This document shows, in pieces, positions 26,012-38,869 of a DNA stretch of 64,000 nt. Under the pieces are notes generated by a model that saw nothing but the letters and a program-made list of their open reading frames with translations, ran no database searches and was not told the origin of the DNA. Source of the stretch: Psammoneis japonica (lineage: Eukaryota); the NCBI GenBank assembly GCA_008632985.1, contig QPGO01000004.1, positions 434,001 to 498,000 of the forward strand, given 5' to 3'. Every line of letters begins with the position of its first letter. The stretch's first letter is position 1. The position numbers were made by a program, and so were the translations under genes.

Positions 26012-28950
26012 TCAACCCCGCAAACTCATGCCCCTTGCAAAACCATCCTTCTTGTTGTCCTTGTTATTAGACCGGCGTTTCTTTTTCTTCTTCTTGGTGC
26101 TAACACTTGGACCGTGCTCGTCGTGTGGAGTAGTTTCACCCAATGCGCGAACGGTGTCTCCGACCATAATCACACCCTTGTTCGATACAGCCACGCCTAG
26201 AATCCCATCCATGCCTGACATGAAAATGTTGCACTCACCGAAAACGCCTGTGCGATGATCACGATAATGGTTTGTCTCAGTGAGGATGACTCTTTCAACC
26301 TGCTGACGGGTTGGCACATGAATAATGATAGCCACGGTGCTTTGATCATGCTCGAACTCATCCACGAGGCCGACGGTCTCAACGGTGCAGAATCGACTGA
26401 TAATGACAGCGTAGTCTCCAACACTTTCAACGCAACAATGGTGACAGTCCCGCCATCTTCCACCTAATTCCGATTTTAGTCCACTTTCATTGAACATCAG
26501 CTCGTCGGAGGACCGAGCACGTTTTCTTGCTGTCTGTGAAACGAGAAAAAAAGGATGCGGACAAACAGTTCATAATCAGCGGTTTGTCCTCCCACTCCAT
26601 AACAGGCTGACTCCACCACTACAACGTCAGATCCAGAAATTGTCACCAAAGGTGCAGAGACGTTGTTTGACCTCAACCTGCCATAAACGGATCGAGTCAG
26701 GTCCACGGTTTCACCTTGGGGAGAAACTTGAATCTCCGATTCTGTACGTGTGACTTGGACGAGCGATAAGGATCGTCCCGTCGAGTCTCCTCTAAACGAG
26801 TTTACCATGGCAAGAAGACACGACGGCTGATTCCTCCGGAACCGACTGGCTTCTGTTCACGAAATATGCGTGACTCGCCACTGCGTCATGAAGAGGTCTA
26901 TCCATCATACAAACGACAGCACCAGTACTTAACGATACCGCAACAAGTTTGCGACAAACAGTTTCGTCAAATTCTTCTTGAAATTGGGCATCAAAATCAT
27001 GCATGTCGAGATCCACCTCCATGAGAGCTAGTCCGTTACAGCAAACAACTGCTTTGCAACGCAAACGGATATTGACATCGGAGGCACCTAAAGTTTGTGT
27101 AGTCTCATTGATATCTGATGTCCATTCAAAGGAGAAATCAGCATCATTCTCGAGGTATCGGCGAACTTCGTCACATATGTTGAAAACATGAAGACTGGTG
27201 TCATCAAGGTCGAAGGTACCGTCGTTTGTAGAGTTACCACTTTGGCAAAGAAAGTCTTCACGATTGATTGCAACCAATAGCATGTCTGCTTCTGACCTTT
27301 GATCAGACTGAGCAATACACAGACAAACAATGACGTTGTCATCAATGTCAAAAGAGCGCAGAGAGCAAAGCCTCCTGCTCTTTCTGTATGGGGACGCAAC
27401 AGCACATACCACCTGACGACAAATCTTCTTAACACCACCATCGCCTGGCTTGGTAGATGCCTCAAAAAGACGCAATGAACAATCCTGTGAGTACCCAGCT
27501 AGAATGCGATTTGATGACCACACCTTGACTCCGATACATGAATTGTTGTTATCAGGGGCTCCGCGACGAGAAGAAAACGCTTGAGCTACCCAATCCATCC
27601 CTTCGTTTCGAACCACTCTTCCTGAGGACTGCAGTGGAACCATTGCCTCTTGAACTCCCTGTAAGGTTCTCACTATTTTGTAGTGAGACACAAATGCATT
27701 GCGATATAGAGTCGTAAGCACTTTCGTGTCGACTTCTTCATCTCCACTTTGTGTCGGCTCCGCAGGAAGAGGCCAGTTCCGTCGCGAAATCAAGTATTTC
27801 CACAAATCTGGAGAGGTAGTACCAATCTCGTCGTTCCATGAGCGAGACACCCGTTTCATGGTGGACACGCATTGGTCTGGTAGAAAGTAAGAATGTTTTC
27901 CAGGACTGGCGCAAACAGAGCTATTGCTTCTCTCGAGGTGACAAGCCTTGCATCTCCACTCAACTCCCGTTTCGGTCCTTCGAGATTCCTACCGGACAAC
28001 GTCGCAAGGACTTCTTCACCCGACAACAAAAGACCGTTTCGATACCGATCGTATAGCAAGACACCATCCGTGGAAGCATAGACGACACTGCCTAACCCAC
28101 ACGACCGATTCGACAAAGCCTTGGATACAGTGTCGAGTACGGTCTGATGGTCGACATCCGTTTCTTTATTGTTGGTATTCACTGCGGATGAATCACCTTG
28201 ACCTTGTAAAGACGTTTCAGTACCATCGCCCGTGTCGTTTGATAAACCAACAGAGAAATGATAAAGCACGTCGATGCCTCGTTCCGGAGGAGTTTCGTCG
28301 TCTTCTGATCCCAAGCGAGAAGCGACATCTAAGGAACGTGCCAACTCATCTCTAGATGCTTCTGAATTCGCACCCACAACCCCAAACACGGTCTCTTTAC
28401 TAGATATGCAATGCGCGTAGTCACTGCATTTGCTGCCACCTTTTCGATTGCTCTGTTCCGGAAAACAAGTTCCAGTGAAAAAATGATTACAACAAAGCTG
28501 TACTCCAGGTCCAGAAGCATCCTGCGCTTGATCATTTTCAGTCTCATGAGACGCCTGTTTACTTCGTGGATGAGCTTTTGGTTTCTTCTTTCCACCACCA
28601 CCATGTCGTTTTTCCCTTTCTTGGACTTCGCCTCGTCGTCGTTGTCGTCGTCGTCAATGGAGTTGGACCGTGCGCTCGATGATGCCTTTTGCCGATATCC
28701 TTCTCGTCATGCTCCGCATACAACAACTTGCTCTCATCGTCCCAGTCAGATGGACACGTGTCTACCCAAAGGTGCAAAACAATCTTCTTTTTCCAATGTG
28801 AGCCATAGTAGTGTCGATCCAACGCCATTAAAAACTCGTACATGTTGGTTTGTACAAACCTCGATTTTCACGCTGTTGTTTTCGTTCCTTGGCAGCCACC
28901 TTTTTCGCTTTGGCGCTCTCAACACGCTTCTGCCAATTCCCGCGAACCAT
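26012..28950 (-). CDS. F-box protein (paralogue B), several apparent frameshifts
   Basis: Starts MVRGNWQKRVE (ATG 28950). Shares SCGLGSVVY, LENILTF, EIGTTSPDLWKYL, QAFSSRRGAP and KKDGFARGMSLRG with 20546-23296. Confidence 0.7.
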
Positions 28951-29429
28951 TGTTATGTTATTCTTCTTGACTAACGATGAAGTGCTTACAAGTTAGATTT
29001 GTTCGGTTTATAACGCGATATGGTCGGTTTGTAACGCAATATGTGAAGTGCGTCAAGAGCAACGTTCAATAAGGCTTCTGCGGGTCATCGAAACCCAAGC
29101 TCGAGCTTCCCGCCAAAAATGAGACGCGAAAGTCAGACGTGCGTTGGATAATTTCAAAATATTCGAATTCGAATGTTTTTTAATAAAACAACGTGATGCC
29201 ACGTGGAACAAAAAAGAGTGAACAACATCTTTCTTGCCACCAACAACGAGAAAAAATAGTCACAACCGAACAACTACACGAGAACAATAAAAGAAAAGAT
29301 CACATCGACTGTAACCCAACGGCGACTGGCATCTTTAACGTGGAACCAAGCAAAGGCACACAGAAAAAAATAGAGAGAAAGAAAGCGATTGTTTTTGCAA
29401 ATTTCAAAAGAGTGGGATTAACAACAATC

Positions 29430-30905
29430 ATGAGCGCTTCTCTCAAGACGAGAAACAGTAGGTGCAGATGCACGAGTCGTCGATCGCGTCGAATGAGCTC
29501 TCCTTCTACTACGAGCCATGTCGTACGAACGAGTGTTTCTCCAAGCCTCTTAAAAACACTGTTGCTTGTTTCCTTCTTGTTGCTTTTGTCACCCATATCT
29601 TTGGTGTCGGCACAGCGACAAGGACGGCAACAACGCGGAGCAGCAGCCAGCGGAAAGGATGAAGACGACTACTACAAAATCTTGGGCTTGTCCAAGACGG
29701 CAAGTCCCAAAAAGATTAAATCCGCCTACCGAAAACTAGCACTAAAATGGCATCCCGATAAAGTAACAGAAGATCAAAAAGAAGAGGCTGAAAAAGTGTT
29801 TGTCAAGGTCTCGGAAGCATATGCCGTGTTGAGCGACGAGGAGAAACGGAAAGTCTATGATAAGTATGGAAAGAATGGACTGGAAGCCATGGAGCGGGGA
29901 CAAGATCCCGAAGCAGCAGGATTTGGTGGTGGATTTCCTGGTGGTGGCTTTCCAGGTGGTGGATTTGGAGGAGGTGGTGGTGGTAGTCATACCTTTCACT
30001 TTGGAGGCGGTGGTGGCGGAGCTGGCTTTGATCCTTTCTCCATGTTTGAAGACATGTTTGGTGGCGGAAGTGAAGGATTTCACTTTGGTGGTGGAGGATT
30101 CCCAGGCGGATTTCCTGGAGGAGGCGGTGGTGGAAGACGACAACAAGCACCCGAGCTGTTTCCCAAGGGCGAATCGCCTGTCGCGAAATTGGGATCACCA
30201 AAGTTTCCAGATGCGTCTAGTAAGCATATTTGGTTGGTTATGTTCTATTCCAACAATGACCATGATTGCCAGCAAGTTAAGCCGGCAATGGAAACTCTTG
30301 CTGAAAAGGTTAAGGGCACGTTTAAGGTTGGTGCTGTCGATTGCGAGATGAACGAACGAGAGGCAAGGTTTTGTGTGGAAAAGCAACGAGTCGATATCGA
30401 TGAATTACCAGCTTTTGCCATGGTGATTGACGGCGAATCAAAATTTTATGATGATGGACGCAGAATCCCGTCTGCCAAGGCATTACACGATTTTGCAATG
30501 AAGCACATGCCCCAAGAGTTGGTTCACAACATTAATCATGCGTCACAGCTACAAGACAGATTGATTTCGAAACGCAAAAAGGCGCAGCTGGGTAGCGTTC
30601 TGCTTCTGTCCGAAAAATTCGAAACAAGTGCGCTTTATTTTAGCTTGGCGTACCAATACCGAAGTCATTTTGTGTTTGGAGAATCCCGAGCCAAGAATTT
30701 GAGCCTCGCGAAGGAATTTGGTCTCAAGAAGTATCCTCTCTTGCTTGTCATTGTTCCAAAAGGTAAAGGTTCCAAGTCATGGACTGATACTCATGATGTT
30801 ATCATCTACAGTGGTTCCGCCTTCAAGGGAGATGCTATTGGCAAATGGCTTGACGGGGTAGTAAAGAATCTGCAAGGCAGTCGACGTGGAGACTATGGGT
30901 TGTAA
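29430..30905 (+). CDS. ER DnaJ protein with J domain, G/F-rich region and thioredoxin-like folds (ERdj3A-like); start codon uncertain
   Basis: Signal-like hydrophobic stretch; DYYKILG...KWHPDK J domain; G/F region; WLVMFY...KVGAVDC thioredoxin-like domain. Confidence 0.9.
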   Translation: MSASLKTRNSRCRCTSRRSRRMSSPSTTSHVVRTSVSPSLLKTLLLVSFLLLLSPISLVSAQRQGRQQRGAAASGKDEDDYYKILGLSKTASPKKIKSAYRKLALKWHPDKVTEDQKEEAEKVFVKVSEAYAVLSDEEKRKVYDKYGKNGLEAMERGQDPEAAGFGGGFPGGGFPGGGFGGGGGGSHTFHFGGGGGGAGFDPFSMFEDMFGGGSEGFHFGGGGFPGGFPGGGGGGRRQQAPELFPKGESPVAKLGSPKFPDASSKHIWLVMFYSNNDHDCQQVKPAMETLAEKVKGTFKVGAVDCEMNEREARFCVEKQRVDIDELPAFAMVIDGESKFYDDGRRIPSAKALHDFAMKHMPQELVHNINHASQLQDRLISKRKKAQLGSVLLLSEKFETSALYFSLAYQYRSHFVFGESRAKNLSLAKEFGLKKYPLLLVIVPKGKGSKSWTDTHDVIIYSGSAFKGDAIGKWLDGVVKNLQGSRRGDYGL

Positions 30906-31184
30906 GAACCAGCGGCCTCAATGGCGTTAGTATTCAGTATTCTACTCAGAAATGTTACAGGTTGAACGTCGGATAGCTTCGTCTCTAGGAGTACTGTACA
31001 GTCTGCTTCTCTTTTCTATTTTTGGAAGCTACACTTCCGTTAGTGCTGTAAAAGCAGGGTCCTTTAGCTACCATACGTCATCTATCGCGTCTGTGTTTCG
31101 TCTGTCTCTTCCATGCGCACATACAAGAAGACAAAGTAACCTTAGTTGAAAGTGATGTTGCCATTGCCTGTTACGTGCTACCGT

Positions 31185-31994
31185 ATGGACCTCTTTGCTA
31201 AAATGATAATACGCACTTTCGCTTGCGGAATCTTATGTTTAGTGTTTGCGGATGCTTACCATTCTTCTGGCGTTTTGGCACGTCGAGCGCTTCTGAAAAA
31301 ATTGGTCTTGGCTGCGCCGTCGTGCTGTGTGGCGGTATTTCCATCTCCATCACTCGGCGATGATGGCCAGATTGATCGAATACAAGATGGACGCGATACT
31401 CTTACAACTCTACTCGACAACTGGGAACGAGCTACAGTTCAGTGCAATTATGCAGACGTGCCGCGAGAGCTGCTGGAAACTAAAAACAAAGAGGAGCTGC
31501 TTGAGAAGGCATCGACATTTGCATTGTTTGACAAAAGCGCCTCTGTCGAAAGTTGTAAAACAACAAATCGAATTGTTCGAGACTATTTGGGTGCAACAGG
31601 AAAAGGGCCGCTTGTGGGAATGGAGAAGCGACTTCGACAATCTCTGGACTTTGTTGATCCCGAGCGACTGGATGACTTTGTTGCTGGTGAGTTTCGATTG
31701 GGAATCCGTTAGAGCTATGGTGACAGCATCTATACTCAAGCACGTTTCCCTTCTTTCTTTGTGTGTCACTTCTGGTCTAATTTTAAAATAGAATGTGAGA
31801 ACTTTTCACAATTCATGGCACGGGCCACATCTCTGAGTTACACATCGGGAACAGCCGATTTCGACTCAATGAATAATTTTGAAAAAGGAGACAAAGATCG
31901 AAACAGTAATTCTAACTTGGAGCAATCTAGGAGAGCAATCGTAGAGGTCAGAGATTGCCTTGATCGGATCCTCGGCATGTTGGGGACGGCATGA
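31185..31994 (+). CDS. Hypothetical, probably plastid/thylakoid-lumen-targeted protein, 2 exons
   Basis: Signal peptide followed by an RR + hydrophobic Tat-like motif; GT..AG intron at ~31687-31791 joins ORFs 31146-31712 and 31761-31994. Confidence 0.55.
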
Positions 31995-32125
31995 TATGAT
32001 GACCAGTTTACATGGCAGCTGTTTCAGCTTGTCGCTCGTCAATACATCCAAGAAACGCTAGAGAATTCAAAAATAACATGCCAGAACAAAATTTGGAGTG
32101 ATAAATTTGGTTCCGACCCAAAGAG

Positions 32126-32480
32126 TCTCTCTCTCTCTCTCTCTCTCTCTCTGGAGAGAGGGCCCAACAGAGCTTACATTGTATCTACGAACTAGCTCTA
32201 GCACTACTAGCTAGCTACCGGTAGATTAAAGATGTAGAGTACTAGGGCCCTAGAGTAGCTATGGTAACTAACTACAGGCTAATTTGAAACTACTTAGTAA
32301 AGTAAACTCTGCCTGCAACGCCTCTAGAGAGAGGGACCAACCGGCACTAACTACCTACCGGTACTCTCTCTAGCTAGCTCTACTCTAGAGCTCTAGAGAG
32401 TAGAGGCCTAACTACTTCTAGCTTTTAGTAACTACCGTACTTCACTTTACTTCTCGTAGTCTACTCTCTAGCTAGGAGTA
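32126..32480. repeat. (CT)n microsatellite followed by a CTA/TAG/TACCGGTA-rich low-complexity tract
   Basis: Seen directly: ctagctagctaccggtag, ctctagagctctagagagtag. Confidence 0.8.
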
Positions 32481-32716
32481 TTATTTTCATAATGACACAA
32501 AGAAGCTCACGTGCCTGATCCATATCACACCGGCACAACTCACATGCCCCTACTACTTCATGCTGCCCCGCAATGCCTGATAGCAATGGGCGATGGGCGA
32601 TGAACCCATGAACTGAAGGTCATCGCACGACGTTGCTGTCCCAGGTTTGTGTTTCGTTGGTTGTAGCATTCAGCATACACCTATCTGATTCTTCATCCTG
32701 GAAGAGGTTAAATCCA

Positions 32717-33562
32717 ATGATCAAAACCGTCCGCAGGCGTTGGCTAATGCTTGGGATCTTGGCCGCCGCGAGTCAATGTTTCCACGTTCAGAGCTTGTCG
32801 CTTTCGCCAATTGAATCGGTGTTGTTTAGGAAACGACAGTCCTCGATTCAGGAAGCTATTCGATTTAAGTTGGAAAAACAGATGGGCCTACCGACCAAGA
32901 AAGGCGTTGATATTGTTGCGATCTTTCCCGGTGCCGGCGGTGTTGATGACTTGACAAATGAGTTGGAAGAGCGGATCCGAGTGTCTGACAGAGAAGCAGG
33001 TATAAAAGAGGAGCGTTGGATAAGAACAATCGACTGGAAAGAGCATCGTGGCAGTGTAGTATCAGCAGCCTTTGATGGCGAAGCTGTGGGGAGTGCTGTT
33101 GCGGAATCGGTCAGTTTACTCGAGCCACGATCTGTACACTGTATCGGCATCAGCGTAGGGGCCTTTGGTGCTCACGCCATGGCAGAAACAATGTCAAAAT
33201 TACCTTCAAAACCCCACGTCCGATTAACTCTGCTGGATCCGTTTTGTTCCCGAGGCATATGGGGAATCGGATATGGGGCTAAGAACTTTGGCGTTGGCGC
33301 CGACTATGCCGAGCAGTTCCTCAATACTGACGACCCTGTTCCAACGACGAATGATCCATTGCCAAATTGCTTCTGTATAGATGTGACCAATGCTGAAGAG
33401 CGAGAAACCTTCCAGCTACCACCGGATGAGAGCATGCATTGCTGGCCAGTCAAGTACTACGCAAATTATGGCTACCAAACGCAGACTGGAGTAGACAAGA
33501 GAGTTTCGTTGTTGCAACATGATGCTTCTAGTAAACGAGGGACAGTCTTGTGTGTCCAATGA
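32717..33562 (+). CDS. Alpha/beta-hydrolase fold protein
   Basis: Nucleophile elbow IGISVGAF, LTLLDP, and a C-terminal His (SMHCWP). Confidence 0.7.
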   Translation: MIKTVRRRWLMLGILAAASQCFHVQSLSLSPIESVLFRKRQSSIQEAIRFKLEKQMGLPTKKGVDIVAIFPGAGGVDDLTNELEERIRVSDREAGIKEERWIRTIDWKEHRGSVVSAAFDGEAVGSAVAESVSLLEPRSVHCIGISVGAFGAHAMAETMSKLPSKPHVRLTLLDPFCSRGIWGIGYGAKNFGVGADYAEQFLNTDDPVPTTNDPLPNCFCIDVTNAEERETFQLPPDESMHCWPVKYYANYGYQTQTGVDKRVSLLQHDASSKRGTVLCVQ

Positions 33563-33872
33563 TGTGTCGTGGTGAAAGCTCGCTGACGCAAAGAAAAGAG
33601 GCAGTTTGAGCTAACTGACCTAGGAATTCAGAAACACGCAACGCTTTCCCTCTGTAACATGTCGAAAGATTTCTCTATAAAAGTTAGACTAGGTGCGCGT
33701 GATCTGATGAATTTGTGGAGTAGAGTTGTGCTTGGCAGCTCATACCAGTGCTAAAAATCACCTCGGGAAAAAAGAATGGGTGAGTGAAGACTGTTATGTG
33801 CTCTCTGCTGCATGACAGCGGGTGAGACGGACAAAAATATCCTAGTCATTGTCAAGATCATCTTGACGTCGC

Positions 33873-35501
33873 TTAGGTAGGACTTTTCTTCTCGTCGGCA
33901 GGTTGTGCCTTTTGGATTCGACGAATCAAGTCACTTGTGCTCAGTCCCTCTGTTCGTGGCAGTGCCCTTGCAATTCCAATCTGTCTCACATAACCATAGT
34001 AAGGATCGTCCTTTGGATCCGGATATCGTTCTTGATATTCTTCTCCAAAAGCCACCACATGAATCTGGTGCTCATCGAGAAACTCTTGTGTTAAACCGAA
34101 GCAAGGCGAATTGGGAATAACTTTTGTGACGGCCTTGCAAGCTTCAACTTCCTGACACCGCTCCGCATGAGTCATTATTGGTGGTCGCTTATATGAGCTC
34201 GCGTCCTTGTCTCCTACGACTCCCACAAAAAGACGATTACCAAAGCTCAGCGCATTTCGAAACAAAGTCTTGTGTCCAATATGACATAAATCATACACTC
34301 CGTCGCAATAGACGTTTCGACATGTCGTGAGCAACGGCATATTCAGGTAGGCGCACAAATCTGCAAAAACCGCAATATAGTAGACAAGCACCAGCGCCAG
34401 AATGGTCGAATGACTCAGTACTGCTGCCATTGACATGAGGACTACCAATGGGTGGATTTCTCTTCCAGCCATTTTGGCCAATGTAATGTCTGAAGTGAGG
34501 ACGGCCATGAAGAACCCATCACAAATGACATCCACAACTCTCAATTCAAATGCTGGCACGCCGACGTGGAGTAGAATCGCGGGCACTGATCTCATGAACA
34601 GACATGTAACTAATCCAAAACGACTCCAACCATGAGGATTCTTAAGCAAGAGAGTCTTGATAACTGCCACAATGTACACTCCATAGTAAAGCGCCATGAT
34701 GGCTTCTGGTCCAAGCGCAGATGGATCATCTCTGTATCGTTCAAAGAACTGTCCTTCATCAGGCATGATATTATCTCGAACCGCCAGCAATCGATGAAAC
34801 GTAGCTTCGTAAACTCGGAGCAACCAGTCCAATCCAAAAGTGGCGCGAATAGCCAACAACACGACGGCAGACATGATTACTTCGCCCGGTCCCGTCAGCA
34901 CATTGTACCGCAAACCGGCGTTCCGATGAAAGGCAGAGAGATGTTTCAGGAATAAAACCAGCTGCGATCCCTGCACAGCATACCATTGTGTTTCAATGGA
35001 GGTTCCTCCCAAACAATACGTGGTTAAAATGGCGAGAAAGACGGTCGAGCAACAATCGCAGCTGTACTTGAAGAGCTCGCCGAGAGCGGTTTTCTGCCGA
35101 ATGCGTTCAGCGTGACGTGAATCGACAGAGTTGGTAACGAAAAATAGTAGAATGTTCACCACGGCAAACCAAGTACATGCTGTAGGATACAGATCGCCGT
35201 AGAGATTCGTCATGTACCATGCTTGACCTAGGCAAGCGAGTCCAGCTAATGTGACAACGTTCGGTGCTACCGTCTCTGGAATGTACAGACAAACTTGATC
35301 AAACATATCCTTGGTCGCCCTGTGTGTCAGACTGGCGTCCTTCACATTCTCCTCCCAACGAGAAAAGGTGCTCTTCTCATAGGGAGTCAAGAAGAGCTCC
35401 AACCATCCTTCTGTTGCGCTCATAAAAATGTCCGACCCGAACGATGAGCCTTTTCTCATTGGTGATTGACCAACTCCATTCATTCTTGAAGAACCATTCA
35501 T
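33873..35501 (-). CDS. Fusion of a choline/ethanolamine phosphotransferase-like membrane domain with a C-terminal cytidylyltransferase (CCT/ECT-like)
   Basis: IPETVAPNVVTLAG (CEPT/AAPT family) and multiple TM helices, followed by VYCDGVYDLCHIGH, YKRPPIMT..ER and PRTEGLSTSDLIRRI. Confidence 0.9.
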   Translation of the reverse strand: MNGSSRMNGVGQSPMRKGSSFGSDIFMSATEGWLELFLTPYEKSTFSRWEENVKDASLTHRATKDMFDQVCLYIPETVAPNVVTLAGLACLGQAWYMTNLYGDLYPTACTWFAVVNILLFFVTNSVDSRHAERIRQKTALGELFKYSCDCCSTVFLAILTTYCLGGTSIETQWYAVQGSQLVLFLKHLSAFHRNAGLRYNVLTGPGEVIMSAVVLLAIRATFGLDWLLRVYEATFHRLLAVRDNIMPDEGQFFERYRDDPSALGPEAIMALYYGVYIVAVIKTLLLKNPHGWSRFGLVTCLFMRSVPAILLHVGVPAFELRVVDVICDGFFMAVLTSDITLAKMAGREIHPLVVLMSMAAVLSHSTILALVLVYYIAVFADLCAYLNMPLLTTCRNVYCDGVYDLCHIGHKTLFRNALSFGNRLFVGVVGDKDASSYKRPPIMTHAERCQEVEACKAVTKVIPNSPCFGLTQEFLDEHQIHVVAFGEEYQERYPDPKDDPYYGYVRQIGIARALPRTEGLSTSDLIRRIQKAQPADEKKSPT

Positions 35502-36284
35502 TTTTTTTCTTATTCTCGACTAGTAATTCACAGTCAAGCGCAAAAGAGTATTACATAAACTTGAAAGGCAACAACAATGCAGAATTGCTTGCCGATACCG
35601 AATGCCTGAAAAGAAAGAGTTCTGGTCTCAACATTGTTTGAACGAGAAAACGTCACGAACAGGCGGCACGTGGCACCTCGTACAAATTCTACACAGGTTT
35701 GGAATTTTGAATGCCACGTTGACGATGGATGGAGCACGTCGGCTTGTGAGCGGACACAGCACAGACCACATCTTCAGGTTCGCTTGCTTTCACATCATCG
35801 CATCCATCACGCGAAAGATGATCATTGTGACAGCGCTTTTTCATTTTTAGGCAGGGCCCTGGGGGATGACACTCTCTCTTACTTGCAGGTCTTAGCGTGC
35901 ATTGCCACTCTCTGGCATGCAGCCACCCACTGCAAATTGCAAATCACTTGACACTTTTTGTGTGTGTGCGTCAAAGTGCGTTTGATCATGCCAAACAGGA
36001 AAGCTTCCTTTTGCTGGTGGCTCATTTCGCACAACAACAAAAGGCCGCATGGGAAGGTGCGCAATCTTCTTGCACACTCTGCCTTGGGTGGTGGCCAAGC
36101 ACAAAACACACCACAACACCAGATCACCATGGCCACAAACACTGCGCACCAACCATGTCCATGTGCATGGACCAAATGCCAAAGCATGGTGAGATGTTGA
36201 GCACTGTGATGTGGAAGAAGAGAAGAAGGCCCTCTGGGAACAAAATTCTTGGTTGTCCAGGAAAGCCCAGCTCTGTGGCACAGC

Positions 36285-37558
36285 TGTTGGAACATTGCAG
36301 TGAGAGGCAGCAATTGAAGGACAAAGAACAGACAGCATTGCAGTGAAAGACACACTGACCATTGTGGATGACACATGGTGAATTTGTGCTGGCAAGTCGG
36401 GTTGAGTGGCGGGTCTTGTGCCAGCACTTTTTAGCTTCTGCACCTGGTTGACATGACAACAGAGAGCATGCCAAAAGAGCCAGAGCATCCATCAAGTGAC
36501 ACTGCATTGGAGAAGGACAAGGCAATCTGGGGCAAGCAATGCAATCACTGTGCAAAACAGAGCATGATCTGCAAAGCACAGAGGGTGGCACAAAGGTGTT
36601 TGGTGCAATCCAAGAGTGCACAAAGGCCATCAATCACAAGGTTGAAGGAGCAATGGAGTTTACAAGAGTTGCAAAGGAGTGAATGTGGCAGTGCTCCTGT
36701 CACAAATTCTCAAGTTGATCTTGCTCAATGCCAATGAGAAGAGGCACTCACATCTCCAGGTGGTCAAGCCTTGGAAGCAGCTGGCACTCATCACACATCA
36801 AGACAAAGGAGAGGCACTCAAAGATTGTTGCAGTTGGCCAATGAGCATTGTTGAGATGGTGGAAATGTCCTGGTGTGGTGGAATCATTTTGAAAGAAATT
36901 GCTGAGAAAGAAGATGGGTTCAGCAAGGATGCTGACAATGCCCAGAACAAAGAAAGGAACAAGTTGTTAGCAGCAATGCTTGTGGAAGGCACCAAGGAAC
37001 ATTGGCATGTCTCAACAGACCTGCATTGGCAGTTTGCACTGGGGGTTGACAGTTGTCCCAATTCAGCCAAGGAGGTTTTGCAGGTGTTGGGCATGCATGA
37101 GGCCAACAAGAAACCTGAGGGCACAAGTTTTGCACAAAACAAGAAGAAGCAGATCAAATGCTGGAAATGCAACAATTTTGGGAATGTGAAAAAGGATTGT
37201 CCTTTGCTCAACAATGACGCTGATGATTCATCAGCAGAGTCAGATGGTGCAGGCCATGGGAATCAGTGGAACAGTTGAAGTGGCATTTTGGATGGCATGG
37301 TTTCCACGTGTCATCCTCCTGTGCTCAATGCACACATGAGGCCAATCAATCAACAGCTTGTGCAAAAGAGTGTGTTGGAACATTGGGGTGAGACTGAGAG
37401 GCAGTTTTTGCAGAACAAACACAGACAACATTGCAGTGACAGACATGCTGACAATTGTGGATGACATGGTGAATTTGCACTCACAACTTGGGTTGAGTCA
37501 AGTTGTGGGTCTTGTGCTCACTTTTGAGCTTCTGCACCAGGCAGTTGACATGACAACA
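36285..37558 (+). mobile_element. Short gag-only Copia-type LTR element (~1.3 kb), degenerate
   Basis: Diverged direct repeats 36285-36461 and 37373-37558 (TGTTGGAACATTG...ATGACAACA), AAAAGAGTG before the 3' copy, and internal QFALGVDSCP...IKCWKCNNFGNVKKDC gag zinc knuckle. Confidence 0.7.
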
Positions 37559-38869
37559 GTGGTTGACAGCATTGGGAATGTGTTTGCAAGCCAGATGGTG
37601 AGATCTGGGTTGGTGAGACCAAGTGTGTGCCAGTTGGCAAGCCACAAAACTCTGACAATGGTGGTGGACAAAAAAGAAGAAGCCAGTTGAGGTTTTCATT
37701 CGAAACAAAGTGGAGGAAGTCAAGAACAGGACAGGCATGAAGAGTGCTCACATCTTTCAAGCACTCCAGAAAGGCACTGTCCCTCACCAGCCGCAGAACA
37801 GAGAGTGGTGTGCTTGATTGCTTGCAAAAGAAAGAGCAACACACACCACTCTCATGCTGAGCATGCAGACCCAGTGACAAAGATTGTTGCTTCTCAAGTG
37901 AAGGATGTTGTGCTGTCAGTGAAAACTGCAGCTTGCCATGTGGCATCACATGCATGAAAAAAAGAACAGGCCAAGGCAGTGTCTCTGACATGACCAAGAA
38001 AGAGCATGGCCACAAGTTTCTATTTGAAGAATCAATGACAGAGAATGAGGCATGCCACAGCTGTTGTGGCTGCATGGTTGCCCTGCTGTTGGTGAGCCAA
38101 ATGGAAACAGAAATGTTGTGCAGGGGAGCAAGAATGAGCTTGAGGGCTGGCAGGCTTTGGTGGATGAATTTGACAACTTCAAACAGAGTGGTGAACCACA
38201 AGGCGGACCTGGTGGCAACACCAGTTTCATCAACCAGTGAGGCCCAAGGAAAAGACAGCATGCGTTCAATGCCATTGTGCATGGTTTGGGTGTCTGTTGA
38301 ATGCTGGAGATGTTTCTGTTGCAGAGCACCCAATCAAATGCACTGACAGAATGCTGCTGTAGAATGTTGCAGCTTTGACAAGAGCTGAGACTGCCTCCTT
38401 TGGCTTCAGTTTCTTGCCACTGTGGATGTGGTGTGGTGGAAACAAAAGCAAACAATCACACACAACACCGTGCTTTTGCAATTCTCTTGTTTGATGATGC
38501 ATCTAAATGCATGCCTTGTGTGATGTGTTGTCAAAAGCTGTTTTCTGAGCTGGCAGCCAAGATGGCACGCATGCTTGGTCACATGAATGCCTGCAATGTG
38601 CTGACCCCAGTTTGGGCATCACAAGTGGGGCCAGCACTGCCCACCTCAGCAACATCTTTGATTGAGCTGCCAAAGCCCAGCTCTAGGAGCAACTTTGGCA
38701 TGCTCCAACTGAACTCAAGCAAGAGGACATGCAGCTCCAAAAATGAGGTGCAAGCAACTCTTGAATGGCGCATCTGAAGACATGGCTGTGCACATGTCAA
38801 ATGACTTTTGTGGTGACTCATCCCACCAAGAGTGCATTGAACAGGCTAGAAAGTTTGTGGGTGCATGAG

